In this document: in pieces, positions 20,565 to 30,246 of the stretch
How positions within the stretch are numbered: the stretch's first letter is position 1
Layout: the number at the start of each line of letters is the position of its first letter
NCBI GenBank assembly: GCA_965209155.1
Contig: OZ242383.1
Span: 3,264,001-3,328,000, forward strand
Source: a bacterium
Lineage (GTDB): Bacteria; SAR324; NAC60-12
Direction of reading: 5' to 3'
Length of the DNA: 64,000 bases
Notes under the pieces: model-generated
The model's input: only the letters and a program-made list of their open reading frames with translations
Databases searched by the model: none
Told to the model about the DNA's origin: nothing
Translations under genes and position numbers: made by a program

Positions 20565-20795
20565 ATGTCAGAGGTTTATAAGATTTTAACTGAAGTCCAG
20601 GATAAAGAAGTGATCGCGAAGGGAAAATCTGTTAAAATCCGTAAACGTTTGGATCGATTATATGGGAAAGGTAACTGGGTGAAATACAAAGGGTTTGCTA
20701 AAGTCAGGTTAAGTGATGGAAACATAATTTGGACAGAAGTCCATTGGTTCGAAGCCCATGGAATTGGAAAAGTACAAATAAAGACTAAACCATAG
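20565..20795 (+). CDS. Small basic hypothetical protein, first gene of a TA-like pair in a gene cassette
   Basis: 76 aa basic ORF (YGKGNWVKYKG...EVHWFEAHGIGK) coupled to the next gene. Confidence 0.65.
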   Translation: MSEVYKILTEVQDKEVIAKGKSVKIRKRLDRLYGKGNWVKYKGFAKVRLSDGNIIWTEVHWFEAHGIGKVQIKTKP

Positions 20796-20803
20796 GAGGG
20801 ATT

Positions 20804-21046
20804 TTGCTACAAGAGTTTGAAGGGAAACGATTTTTAATTTGCGTCCAAAACAAAGGATGCGAGGCATCATTGGAGTTATGGAAGGTGTATGAAATTATTC
20901 CGGATCCTGAATATGAAAAGCATGGTGATCTTAAAGTCATTGATGAAGAAGGGGAGGAATACCTTTATCCCATGAACAATTTTGCTCCAGTGATGATTAA
21001 TGAAGCAACCGCTAAATTAATTATTCATCGTAAGATTTCCCCTTGA
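20804..21046 (+). CDS. Small acidic hypothetical protein, second gene of the pair
   Basis: SD AGGAGG plus TTG start; SLELWKVYE...VIDEEGEEYLYP; duplicated at 48358-48572. Confidence 0.65.
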   Translation: MLQEFEGKRFLICVQNKGCEASLELWKVYEIIPDPEYEKHGDLKVIDEEGEEYLYPMNNFAPVMINEATAKLIIHRKISP

Positions 21047-21074
21047 TTTATATCAAAATGCAGGAGAACAAAAA

Positions 21075-21154
21075 TTTCCAACAAATCAATGCACCGGCGC
21101 TTTACCTGCCTTCGTACCTCGCTCCGGCAAAGTCCGGTGATTTCTGCGTTCAAT
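21075..21154 (+). other. attC site
   Basis: TTTCCAAC-aaatcaatgcaccgg...ccggtgatttctgc-GTT; the inverse core matches the cassette-start core GTTGGAAA at 20443. Confidence 0.8.
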
Positions 21155-21364
21155 TAGCCACGGTCATCTGGCCTTTGTTTGACAAACTATTTGAATAAGG
21201 CAGTGGTTTGCGGAATCTTGAGGAGGTACTCTACTATTTATTCAAAGCCAGTTCCCACCTCAAAGGAAGAGGAAGTGGTTCAGCAAGTAAAAAACCTGCT
21301 CAGCTGTGAAGAGGCTCACGAGGTACTTATGACAGTCGCCGAATAATTAGAACAAAAAGGACTC
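21155..21364 (+). pseudogene. C-terminal fragment of an Rpn/YhgA-like nuclease
   Basis: EEVLYYLFKA...HEVLMTVAE*LEQKG, with a stop and a frameshift. Confidence 0.5.
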
Positions 21365-21424
21365 CAAATCAGTTGCAAACGGTTTCCATGGCAAGGCCAG
21401 TTTTCCCCACCTTGCGTTTCCACC

Positions 21425-21453
21425 TTGCTTTTCCCTCTTGCTTTTCCTATATT
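21425..21453 (+). promoter_or_regulatory. Putative sigma70 promoter of the ECF sigma gene
   Basis: TTGCTT-17-TATATT; the copies near 16768 and 50181 read TTGCGT-17-TATATT. Confidence 0.5.
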
Positions 21454-21502
21454 GAGGCTGTTCTTGGGCGTTCTTGGCTGAAAATCAAAACCGAGTCCAA
21501 CG

Positions 21503-22108
21503 ATGAACCGGAAACCATTGCGGGAACTGCTGGAGGGGTCCGTTCAAGGGAAGGAAGACGCTTTTGAGGAGTTGTACCAACACTACAGGGCATATATCGT
21601 CCACACTGCCCAATCGCTGATTGGCAAGTATCGGAGCCTCCACCAGGCGGATGAGGTGGTTCAGGAAATCTGGAAGGATTTGTGGGAGAGCAAGCTGGAG
21701 AAATTCAAAGGCGAGGCCGATAAAGCCTTCTTGGGTTGGCTGTACAGAGTCGTTCAGAATCATCTGCTGGACCAAATCAGACGTGCCAAACGGCAGCCGG
21801 AACTCGCTGCCCCGGAAGAGGTGGATGAGTTGCGCTCTATGCAGGCCTGGTGGCAGGCCCAGTCGGCGGAATTGCAGGAAGAGAAGATTGAGCGGGCAGG
21901 AGAGGCTATGAGACAACTGGAAGACGAGCATCCCCAGACCGCTCGGCTGCTGCGCCGCTGCTATTGGGACGGGCTGTCCCTGGAAGCCCTTGCCGCCGAG
22001 AAGTTGGCGCTTCCCATAGAGGAACTGAGCCAAACGGAAAAGCACCGGATCGCCCAACAGTTGTACCGCGCCAGAAAGCAATTTCAGGAAATTTTTGAGA
22101 AAATTTGA
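21503..22108 (+). CDS. ECF-type RNA polymerase sigma factor, copy B (intact)
   Basis: Region 2 (DAFEELYQHY...ADEVVQEIW...FLGWLYRVVQNHLLDQIRR) and region 4-like (YWDGLSLEALA...LYRARKQF); 201 aa. Confidence 0.82.
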   Translation: MNRKPLRELLEGSVQGKEDAFEELYQHYRAYIVHTAQSLIGKYRSLHQADEVVQEIWKDLWESKLEKFKGEADKAFLGWLYRVVQNHLLDQIRRAKRQPELAAPEEVDELRSMQAWWQAQSAELQEEKIERAGEAMRQLEDEHPQTARLLRRCYWDGLSLEALAAEKLALPIEELSQTEKHRIAQQLYRARKQFQEIFEKI

Positions 22109-22353
22109 TTTTTTTGGTGATATTCTGGCTCTTGGTACGTTAAATAAATAGAAGGGCTCGGTTTCCAAACGTACATTTTCCTCAAAAAAGACCCATTCTG
22201 GTCAAAAAAATAGTCCGGATGAAGATGCTCGCGAAGAAATTTTTCGCCCTCTGCAGAGAGTTCTCCGTGGCAGACGCTGTGTCCGCTGCGACAACCCGAT
22301 TCGCCCCACAGCGGGTGAATCATTTTCAAAACCCTCAAATAAAAGAGGAAATT

Positions 22354-24177
22354 ATGAGTATTATAAAAAAACTTGTCGCCTCCTTCGTGGGGCTGAACCC
22401 GGCAGGCCCCAGGTCTGTCATGAAACTCCTCTCGGTGCTGCTGGCTTTCATTCTGGGCGCGTCCGCCCTCTGGGTCGGCCCGACAGCCGCTGCGGAGAAG
22501 AAGTACGTGACCGACCCCACCACCGGCAAGGTGGTGAGCGCGCCGGAGTATGGCGGGACATTGACCTTCGCCCGAAAAGAAGAGGCGGCGGGTCCTGACA
22601 CCGTGATCAGTGGTATGTGGGCGATGGCCTACGTCTCTGGCGTTTTAGAGAAGCTGGCCATTGGGGACTGGGCAACGCCCAGGGACAAATATGATTTCAT
22701 GTTTCTCAACGTTCCAACTAACACGATAGGGTCTCTGGCGGAAAGCTGGGATATTTCCGAGGACGGCCTCACCTATACCATCCACATCCGCCAGGGCGTT
22801 CACTGGCACGATAAGCCACCGATGAACGGTAGGGAGCTGACTGCCGACGATATCGAATTCAACTATCACCGTATCTTGGGACTCGGCAGCGGTTTCACCG
22901 AAGGTAGCGAACATGCTGAGTGGAAGGGTGTGCAAGTGGAATCGATAGAAGCCACCGACAAATGGACGGTTGTTTTTAAGCTGAAGGAGCTAAACCTCGG
23001 TGCGCTGACTCATATCCTCGACGGCAGGCTTGCCTGGATATATCCCCCCGAGGTAATCAAGGAACACGGGGACGTTACGGATTGGAGGAACCTGGTCGGC
23101 ACCGGACCCATGATGCTGACTGACTGGGTCAAGGGCAGCTCTGTCACCTGGGACAAGAATCCTGACTACTGGGGCTACGACGAAAAGTACCCGGAGAACC
23201 GCTTGCCCTATATTGACCGGTTAAGAGCCCTGATTATGCCCGAAGTGGCAACATATATGGCGGCACTGCGCACGGGTAAGGTTGATTACATAGGTACGAT
23301 CGGGGCGGCTCAAATGAGGAGTCTCGACCAGGTAGAGAGCCTCCAGCGGACCAACCCCGAACTCGTAATCCACACGTCGTCAGAACGGTCGGAAAATTCT
23401 TTTGGCATGAACGTTCAGTTGCCGCCCTTTGACGACATCAGGGTGCGCAAGGCAATGCAGATGGCAATTGACCTCGAGACAATCAACAACGCCTACTATA
23501 AGGGTTATGCCGATATAATACCTCAGGGGCAGCAAAACCGTTCTTTTTCAGCGGTTGTCAACCAATTTGAAGATTGGCCCGAAGATGTCAAGAAGGTCTT
23601 TGACTACGACCCGGAAGGTGCCGAAGCGTTGCTTGATGAGGCTGGATACAAGCGCGGCGCCGACGGCATTAGATTCAAGACCGAGTTGATGCACCTCGAG
23701 CGGTACGATTTGAACTATGCGCAATTAGTCGCTTCATACTGGGCTAAGATTGGCGTTGATGTGGAGATTGATGTAGTGCCATCAGCTGTCTTTGCCGCTA
23801 AAAGAACTGAGAGGGATTTCGAAATGATTAGTGCGGAAGCGGCCAATACGTGGTTCCCATTGGTAGTGCAGATGAAATATACGATGGGCCTATCATGGAA
23901 CACCTCAAACCCACAAGACCCGGATTATGACGCCATGCATATGGCCGCTGCAGCCGCTACCACCCTCGAGGAGCAGAACAGGATACTTAAAGAGCTGGAT
24001 CAGTATGGGATAGAGAAGTTCTGGACGATATGGGGTCCTATGGCCCCACAGTATGCTGCGGTGCAGCCGTGGGTCATAGGTTATAACGGTGAAAAGAGGT
24101 TGGCAGCCGGTCAATATACCACCATCTTCTCCCGCCTCTGGATTGATAGTGAGCTAAAGGAAGCAATGGGTCATTAG
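22354..24177 (+). CDS. Family-5 ABC substrate-binding protein, paralog 2
   Basis: SD GAGG, MSIIKK leader, signal peptide, SBP_bac_5 motifs; frame is open from 22219. Confidence 0.88.
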   Translation: MSIIKKLVASFVGLNPAGPRSVMKLLSVLLAFILGASALWVGPTAAAEKKYVTDPTTGKVVSAPEYGGTLTFARKEEAAGPDTVISGMWAMAYVSGVLEKLAIGDWATPRDKYDFMFLNVPTNTIGSLAESWDISEDGLTYTIHIRQGVHWHDKPPMNGRELTADDIEFNYHRILGLGSGFTEGSEHAEWKGVQVESIEATDKWTVVFKLKELNLGALTHILDGRLAWIYPPEVIKEHGDVTDWRNLVGTGPMMLTDWVKGSSVTWDKNPDYWGYDEKYPENRLPYIDRLRALIMPEVATYMAALRTGKVDYIGTIGAAQMRSLDQVESLQRTNPELVIHTSSERSENSFGMNVQLPPFDDIRVRKAMQMAIDLETINNAYYKGYADIIPQGQQNRSFSAVVNQFEDWPEDVKKVFDYDPEGAEALLDEAGYKRGADGIRFKTELMHLERYDLNYAQLVASYWAKIGVDVEIDVVPSAVFAAKRTERDFEMISAEAANTWFPLVVQMKYTMGLSWNTSNPQDPDYDAMHMAAAAATTLEEQNRILKELDQYGIEKFWTIWGPMAPQYAAVQPWVIGYNGEKRLAAGQYTTIFSRLWIDSELKEAMGH

Positions 24178-24186
24178 GGGGTTCAC

Positions 24187-25146
24187 GTGAGAGCCTATAT
24201 CATCAGGCGGTTATTGCTCATAATCCCCACCCTGTTTATATTGACCATCCTGGTCTTTCTCTCGGTCCGCTTCATCCCCGGTGATGTCATCGACGTCTTG
24301 GAAGGGAGGATGCAATACGCAGAATCGGGGGGGATTGACCGGGAAGCGCTGGAGCGTCGGCTGGGATTAGACATGCCGGTCTGGGTGCAGTATGGACGCT
24401 GGATCGGCGATATTCTCCTGCACGGCTCTCTAGGCGAGTCCCTGCTGACCAGTTACGCGGTAGAGGAGGCGATCTTAGAGAGACTGCCGGTCACCCTTGA
24501 GCTGGGTGTCCTGGCCATCCTCATCGGGCTCGTGATCGCGCTGCCGGTGGGCATCTACTCAGCGATTCGCCAGGATACCGTCGCCGACTACCTGGGGCGC
24601 AGCATCGCCATCATCGGCCTGGCCACGCCGAACTTCTGGCTGGGAGTGATGGTGATGATATACCCGGCCATCTGGTGGGGCTGGTCGCCGCCGCTGGAGC
24701 TGATTCCTTTCAAAGAGGACCCGCTGGGGAATCTCTGGGGGTTCTTCATCCCCAGCCTGATTCTGGGGACGGCCTCGGCAGCCGCCACCATGCGGATGAT
24801 GCGAACCATGATGCTGGAGGTGCTCCGGCAGGACTATATCCGCACCGCCTGGTCCAAGGGGCTCAGGGAACGGGTCGTGATTATCCGGCACACTATCAAA
24901 AATGCCCTCATCCCGGTAGTCACCCTGATCGGCCTGCAGATGCCGATCCTGGTCGGAGGCGCGGTGATCATGGAGAACATCTTTAACCTGCCGGGGATCG
25001 GGCGTCTCCTGGTGAATGCCCTCAATGAGAGAGACTACCCGGTGGTCTCCGGAGTCAACCTGTTTTTCGCCACCGGCGTGGTGCTGCTCAATCTCCTCAT
25101 CGACCTGATTTATCCCTATCTGGACCCGAGGGTGCGGTATGAGTGA
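24187..25146 (+). CDS. OppB/DppB-like ABC permease
   Basis: YIIRRLL, LPVTLEL, PNFW, DYIRTAWSKGL, RDYPVV, LDPRVR. Confidence 0.9.
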   Translation: MRAYIIRRLLLIIPTLFILTILVFLSVRFIPGDVIDVLEGRMQYAESGGIDREALERRLGLDMPVWVQYGRWIGDILLHGSLGESLLTSYAVEEAILERLPVTLELGVLAILIGLVIALPVGIYSAIRQDTVADYLGRSIAIIGLATPNFWLGVMVMIYPAIWWGWSPPLELIPFKEDPLGNLWGFFIPSLILGTASAAATMRMMRTMMLEVLRQDYIRTAWSKGLRERVVIIRHTIKNALIPVVTLIGLQMPILVGGAVIMENIFNLPGIGRLLVNALNERDYPVVSGVNLFFATGVVLLNLLIDLIYPYLDPRVRYE

Positions 25147-25560
25147 GAAATCCTTCCCCATCCGTGAGCCCAAGCGACGGGGCCGGCTTGTGGATTTCTT
25201 CAGCAGGCTTCACAAGGAAAAGCCGCTGGGGACGTTCTGTGGGATGATCGTCTTACTCTTTATGGTGGTGGCGCTCTTTGCCGATGTTTTGGCCCCTTAG
25301 GTTATATGGATATGCACACGTCAGACATGCTTCAGGGCCCGTCAGCCCGGTATTTGCTGTGGACCGACCATATAGGGCGAGACCTCTTCAGCCGCCTGAT
25401 CTACGGGGCTCGTCTTTCCTTAATTGTCGGTCTGGCCGCTACCACGCTCAATGTGGTTGTCTCTGTCCTGATCGGCGGGATTTCCGGATTCTTTGGCGGA
25501 AAACTGGACCTGGCGGTGCAGCGCTTTGTCGACGCCTGGATGGCGTTCCCGGGACTGCTG
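25139..25560 (+). pseudogene. OppC/DppC-like permease, disrupted and 3'-truncated
   Basis: Homologous to 31238-32194 up to MAFPGLL, with an internal stop near 25298. Confidence 0.8.
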
Positions 25561-25600
25561 CGCCATTAATGAAGTGTGTGGAAATCCGCTTATCTAAATG

Positions 25601-26875
25601 GTTGGCACCACAGAAAAACTCCGACAGAATAGATAAGTTTTCTAAAGTGGTGATGTGTTTGCATATCGGAACAATTCGATCAAAGTTGACGATTTCCCAA
25701 TTCGGACATGGACTCGTCCAGGCAAATCGGGAAAATGACCTTGATACAAAGGGAAAACAAACAAGGCTCGCTGTTGCCCAAACGCTTTGATATACTGATT
25801 GAAAACAAGTGCTTTCTTGTTCCCTTCTTTGAGAATTATCATGCTGAAACATCTCATTTCTCCGACGGTCGATTGTGTCTTTAAGGCGATTTTGGGGGCA
25901 GAGGAAAATAAAAATTTACTGATTGATTTCCTTAACGGTGTCCTGACTCCGCCGTCTCCTGTTTTAGATGTTGAAATCCTCAACCCCTACAATGATCGCG
26001 AGTTTCATTCGGACAAGCTGACGATTGTCGATGTCAAAGCCAGAGATGAAAATGAGACGAACTACCAAATAGAAATTCAATTATCTGTTTTTTCCTATTT
26101 ACCGGAGAGGATGCTCTATACCTGGAGTGACATTTATCAATCTCAGATACAAAGCGGAGAGCAATTCTCAGAATTACGTCCGGTTATTTCTATTTGGATG
26201 TTGACTGAAAATTTGTTTCCGAAAAGCCCTGCCTTTCACCATCACTTCCAAATCGTGGATCAAGACAATCAAATAAGATTGTCAGAGCAGTGCTCCATCC
26301 ATCTTTTGGAATTGGACAAATGGCAGTATTCCGAAGCATTGAACCCTGAAGGTCAATGGCTTTATTTTTTTAAAGAAGCCGAGAACTGGAGGGAATTACC
26401 CGAAATCATGAACACCCCTAAAATGAGGCAAGCAATGGCAGTTTTAGAGAGATTTTCTGAAAAAGAAGCCGATTATCACTTATACCAAGCCCGTCAAAAT
26501 GCCATCCGTGAGGAAAAAACAAGGCAAAAGCTTTTGGAAGATGCCTTGCTCAGGGAGGAAGAGGCTTTGCGAGACAAGGAAGAGGCTTTGCGAGACAAGG
26601 AAGAGGCTTTGCTCAGGGAGGAAGAGACAGTAGTTAGAGAACAGCGTCTCAGAGAAAAGTTGAAAAAGGCAGGAATTGATCCCGATGAGTAAACTCATTT
26701 TCTTCAATTTCTCATGGCAACCGGCCATGTAACAAATCAAGAGAAAAAGTGCCAACAAACGGATAGAGTTGATCAGAGGGGCGCGTTTCAACCCTCTGCG
26801 CATCAGTATTTTAACGTTTTATCTTCGGCAAGACTTTTGTGTCCCCCCTCTGACCAACTCATCCTTTCAGACGTG
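25601..26875 (+). mobile_element. Integron-type gene cassette carrying an Rpn nuclease
   Basis: Core GTTGGCAC at 25601 is the exact inverse of GTGCCAAC at 26749; attC arms ggatagagttgatcagagggg / cccctctgaccaactcatcc. Confidence 0.7.
25841..26692 (+). CDS. Rpn family recombination-promoting nuclease / PD-(D/E)XK protein with C-terminal EEALRDK repeats
   Basis: PTVDCVFKAILG, DKLTIVDVKA, IEIQ, ERMLYTW, LRPVISIW. Confidence 0.85.
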   Translation: MLKHLISPTVDCVFKAILGAEENKNLLIDFLNGVLTPPSPVLDVEILNPYNDREFHSDKLTIVDVKARDENETNYQIEIQLSVFSYLPERMLYTWSDIYQSQIQSGEQFSELRPVISIWMLTENLFPKSPAFHHHFQIVDQDNQIRLSEQCSIHLLELDKWQYSEALNPEGQWLYFFKEAENWRELPEIMNTPKMRQAMAVLERFSEKEADYHLYQARQNAIREEKTRQKLLEDALLREEEALRDKEEALRDKEEALLREEETVVREQRLREKLKKAGIDPDE

Positions 26876-27198
26876 CCAAACGGCAGCCGGAACTCGCTGC
26901 CCCGGAAGAGGTGGATGAGCTGCGCTCTATGCAGGCCTGGTGGCAGGCCCAGTCGGCGGAATTGCAGGAAGAGAAGATTGAGCGGGCAGGAGAGGCTATG
27001 AGACAACTGGAAGACGAGCATCCCCAGACCGCTCGGCTGCTGCGCCGCTGCTATTGGGACGGGCTGTCCCTGGAAGCCCTTGCCGCCGAGAAGTTGGCGC
27101 TTCCCATAGAGGAACTGAGCCAAACGGAAAAGCACCGGATCGCCCAACAGTTGCACCGCGCCAGAAAGCGATTTCAGGAAATTTTTGAGAAAATTTGA
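26867..27198 (+). pseudogene. ECF-type sigma factor, copy C, 5'-truncated
   Basis: Near-identical to copy B from tcagacgtgccaaacgg to the stop; region 2 is missing. Confidence 0.85.
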
Positions 27199-27681
27199 TT
27201 TTTTTGGTGATATTCTGGCTCTTGGTACGTTATATAAATAGAAGGGCTCGGTTTCCAAACGCTCATTTTCCTCAAAAAAGACCCATTCTGGTCAAAAAAA
27301 TAGTCCGGATGAAGATGCTCGCGAAGAAACTTTTCGCACTCTGCAGAGAGTTCCCCGTGGCAGGCGCCGTGCCCGCCACGACAACCCGATTCGCCCGAGG
27401 GCCGGGCGAATCTTTTGTCTTATCCTCAGTTTAGGAGAAGAAACATGACCTTGAAAAAAGCCTTCGCCCCTATCGGGAAATTTATCGCGGCAGGCAGCCG
27501 CTCCGTGGCAAAACTTAAAGAGATGACTCTATCTCAACTAAGCGGAGCCACTATGTCGATGAAGAAACTTTTTGCCCCTTTCAAAGGGGTAATCGTGGCA
27601 GGCGCCGTGCCCGCCGCGAAACTCCGATTCGCCCCACAGCGGGTGAATCATTCTCAAAACCCTCAAATAAAAGAGGTAATT

Positions 27682-29523
27682 ATGAGTATTATAAAAAAAC
27701 TTGTCGCCTCCTTCGTGGGGCTGAACCCGGCAGGCCCCAGGTCTGCCATGAAACTCCTCTCGGTGCTGCTGGCTTTCATTCTGGGCACAACCCTCTGGGT
27801 CGGCCCGACAGCCGCTGCGGAGAAGAAGTATGTGACGGATCCCACCACTGGAAAAGTAGTGAGTGCACCTGAATATGGCGGGACAATAACCCAGGCCCGG
27901 GCATACGATGCCGACTTTCGACCGGATCCATATATTGGCGGTCCTGTATCGTTAATAATCACCAGTGGCGTTAATGAGAAACTGGCCTTGGTGGACTGGG
28001 CAATAGATAGGGACATATATCCTTTTATGGGCGTCTACGTCGCGCCTGTATACGCCCTAAGGGGGGCGCTGGCTGAAAGCTGGGAACAGCCCGACGACAC
28101 AACCTATATCTTCCACATCCGCAAGGGCGTTCACTGGCATGATAAGCCACCGGTGAACGGGCGGGAGCTAACTGCCAAGGATGTAGAACATTCCTTTCAC
28201 CGCATGTTGGGAAATAAGTTGACAGGGACCGAGTTCAGTGAAGCCGAACCTTCCCCAGGGGGAGGTGACCTCGTAGCTTTGCCTTTCGAATCGGTAACGG
28301 CCACCGACAAATGGACGGTTGTTATGAAGCTGACGGAGCCAAACCTCGCTGCCCTGGACTATATCTTGGACTGGTACAGTATGGTTATACAGCCCCCCGA
28401 GGTAATCGAGCAATACGGTGACGATTGGGATTGGCAGAATGTGGTCGGCACCGGGCCCTTTATGATAACTGACTTGGTCCCGGGCAGCTCTATAACCTGG
28501 ACCAAGAATCCCAACTACTGGGGCTACGACGAAAAATACCCGGAGAACCGCCTGCCCTATATTGACAAGTTAGTGGCCCTGATTATGAAGGAAAAAGAAA
28601 CAGTTGTGGCGGCACTGCGCACGGCTAAGATCGATTTCGCAGGTCCGCAGGGCGCCTCTTATCTAAGAACTGTAGACCAGGCAGAGAGCCTCATGCGGAC
28701 CAACCCCGAACTGGTGGTGCACACGTGGTCAGAACGGTCGAATGCTAATGCTTGGCTTAACGTGAGCAAGCCGCCCTTTGACGACATCCGGGTGCGCTAC
28801 GCAATGCAGATGGCACTGGACCTCGAGACAATGAACAATACCTACTACAAGGGTTATGCAGATACGATACCTCGGGGGCGAGTAGGCAGGGAACTCAAGG
28901 GGTATACGATCCCATTTGAAGAGTGGCCCGAAGAAATCAAGCAATACCACAGGTATGACCCGGAACGGGCCAATAAGCTCCTTGATGAGGCTGGATATCC
29001 GCGCGGCGCGGACGGCATTAGATTCAAGACCACGTACATGCACCACCAGGCGTATGATTTGGGCTGGGCAGAATTAACGGCAGCATACTGGCGTGACATT
29101 GGCGTTGATGTGGATATTGAGGTAGAGATGGCTGCGGATTATGTCGCTAGACAGACAACTGGAGATTTTGGTGTGTCTGTGACAGAAGGGGGCTCCAAGG
29201 CTTGTCCATCCTGTGTAATGATTTATTTTTGGAGCGGCTGGGATAGGAACGCCGTAGTCCGCGACGCTCAATATGACGCCTGGTATGAAGCCATGCAAGC
29301 TGCTACCACCATGGAGGAGCAGCAGAGGCTGATTAAACAGATGGACATGCGCTCCATAGAACAGTTCTGGGCCCTCTGGGGGCCTTTGGCCCCGTCGTTT
29401 ACCTTCCACCAGCCGTGGGTGATAGGTTATAACGCCGAAGCCGGCTTTGGAGGACGGCAATTAAATGTTGTCTTCTCCCGCCTGTGGATTGATAGTGAGC
29501 TGAAGGAGGCAATGGGTTATTAG
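27682..29523 (+). CDS. Family-5 ABC substrate-binding protein, paralog 3 (alternative in-frame starts at 27445 and 27553)
   Basis: Same leader and SBP motifs as the other paralogs. Confidence 0.88.
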   Translation: MSIIKKLVASFVGLNPAGPRSAMKLLSVLLAFILGTTLWVGPTAAAEKKYVTDPTTGKVVSAPEYGGTITQARAYDADFRPDPYIGGPVSLIITSGVNEKLALVDWAIDRDIYPFMGVYVAPVYALRGALAESWEQPDDTTYIFHIRKGVHWHDKPPVNGRELTAKDVEHSFHRMLGNKLTGTEFSEAEPSPGGGDLVALPFESVTATDKWTVVMKLTEPNLAALDYILDWYSMVIQPPEVIEQYGDDWDWQNVVGTGPFMITDLVPGSSITWTKNPNYWGYDEKYPENRLPYIDKLVALIMKEKETVVAALRTAKIDFAGPQGASYLRTVDQAESLMRTNPELVVHTWSERSNANAWLNVSKPPFDDIRVRYAMQMALDLETMNNTYYKGYADTIPRGRVGRELKGYTIPFEEWPEEIKQYHRYDPERANKLLDEAGYPRGADGIRFKTTYMHHQAYDLGWAELTAAYWRDIGVDVDIEVEMAADYVARQTTGDFGVSVTEGGSKACPSCVMIYFWSGWDRNAVVRDAQYDAWYEAMQAATTMEEQQRLIKQMDMRSIEQFWALWGPLAPSFTFHQPWVIGYNAEAGFGGRQLNVVFSRLWIDSELKEAMGY

Positions 29524-29534
29524 GGGTTTCACGC

Positions 29535-30240
29535 TTTGTGGCTGACCTTAGGGAAGGAAAAAGGGAGCTGGGAGGCTTGAGCCTCCCAGCTCCCCCACAC
29601 GATGTCATTGCGGGGCGCGCTTTCTTACTGTCATTGCGAGGCGCGCTTCCCAGAAGGACGACGAAGCAATCTCCTCCTTCTCCCCCGTCATTCCGGCGGA
29701 AGCCGGAATCCAGAAGGTTGGCGAAGTCAGGCGAACAATGGATTTCCTCCGTAAGCCTTCGGTGAGGCGACCGTTCTGCATTGGGGTTAAGGTTATGCAG
29801 ACCCGAAAGTTGTACTGTGCAGATTAGAACCAGAGATGAAGCTGCCCTGTGTCTACATTCTTGCCAGCAAGCGCAATGGCACGCTGTATCTCGGGGTGAC
29901 ATCGAATCTCGTGCAGCGGATCTGGCAGCACAAGAACGACTTCGTGGAGGGATTCAAAAAGCGTTACGGTGTACACACGCTCGTCTGGTTTGAGGGTCAT
30001 GAATCAATGGAGAGCGCTATCGCACGCGAGAAGGCGATCAAGGAATGGAAGCGAGTGTGGAAGGTTGAGTTGATTGAGAATGGTAATCCGACTTGGCGGG
30101 ACTTGAATGATGAGATTGCCTAAGTGGATTCGGGCTTTCGCCGGAATGACGAATAAGGGGGCGACGGGATTGCCACGCCTTCGGCTTGTCCTGAACGAAG
30201 TTATGGGGCTCGCAATGACAGGGGAAATGGCAATGAGGAG
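29535..30240. repeat. Cluster of REP-like palindromes (gtcattgcgag.., gtcattccggc..gccggaatcc) flanking a GIY-YIG gene
   Basis: Units in one orientation upstream and in the inverse orientation (ggattc..ggaatgac, ctcgcaatgac) downstream. Confidence 0.7.
29836..30123 (+). CDS. GIY-YIG nuclease family protein
   Basis: CVYILASKRNGTLYLGVTSNLVQRIWQHK...AIAREKAIKEWKR.WK..LIE..NP.WRDL. Confidence 0.88.
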   Translation: MKLPCVYILASKRNGTLYLGVTSNLVQRIWQHKNDFVEGFKKRYGVHTLVWFEGHESMESAIAREKAIKEWKRVWKVELIENGNPTWRDLNDEIA

Positions 30241-30246
30241 TGTCAC

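Noticed and set aside
21485..22168. 227-aa minus-strand ORF, and similar antisense ORFs over the sigma, SBP and permease genes
   Set aside because: Shadow frames of GC-rich genes; they recur only because the sense genes are repeated
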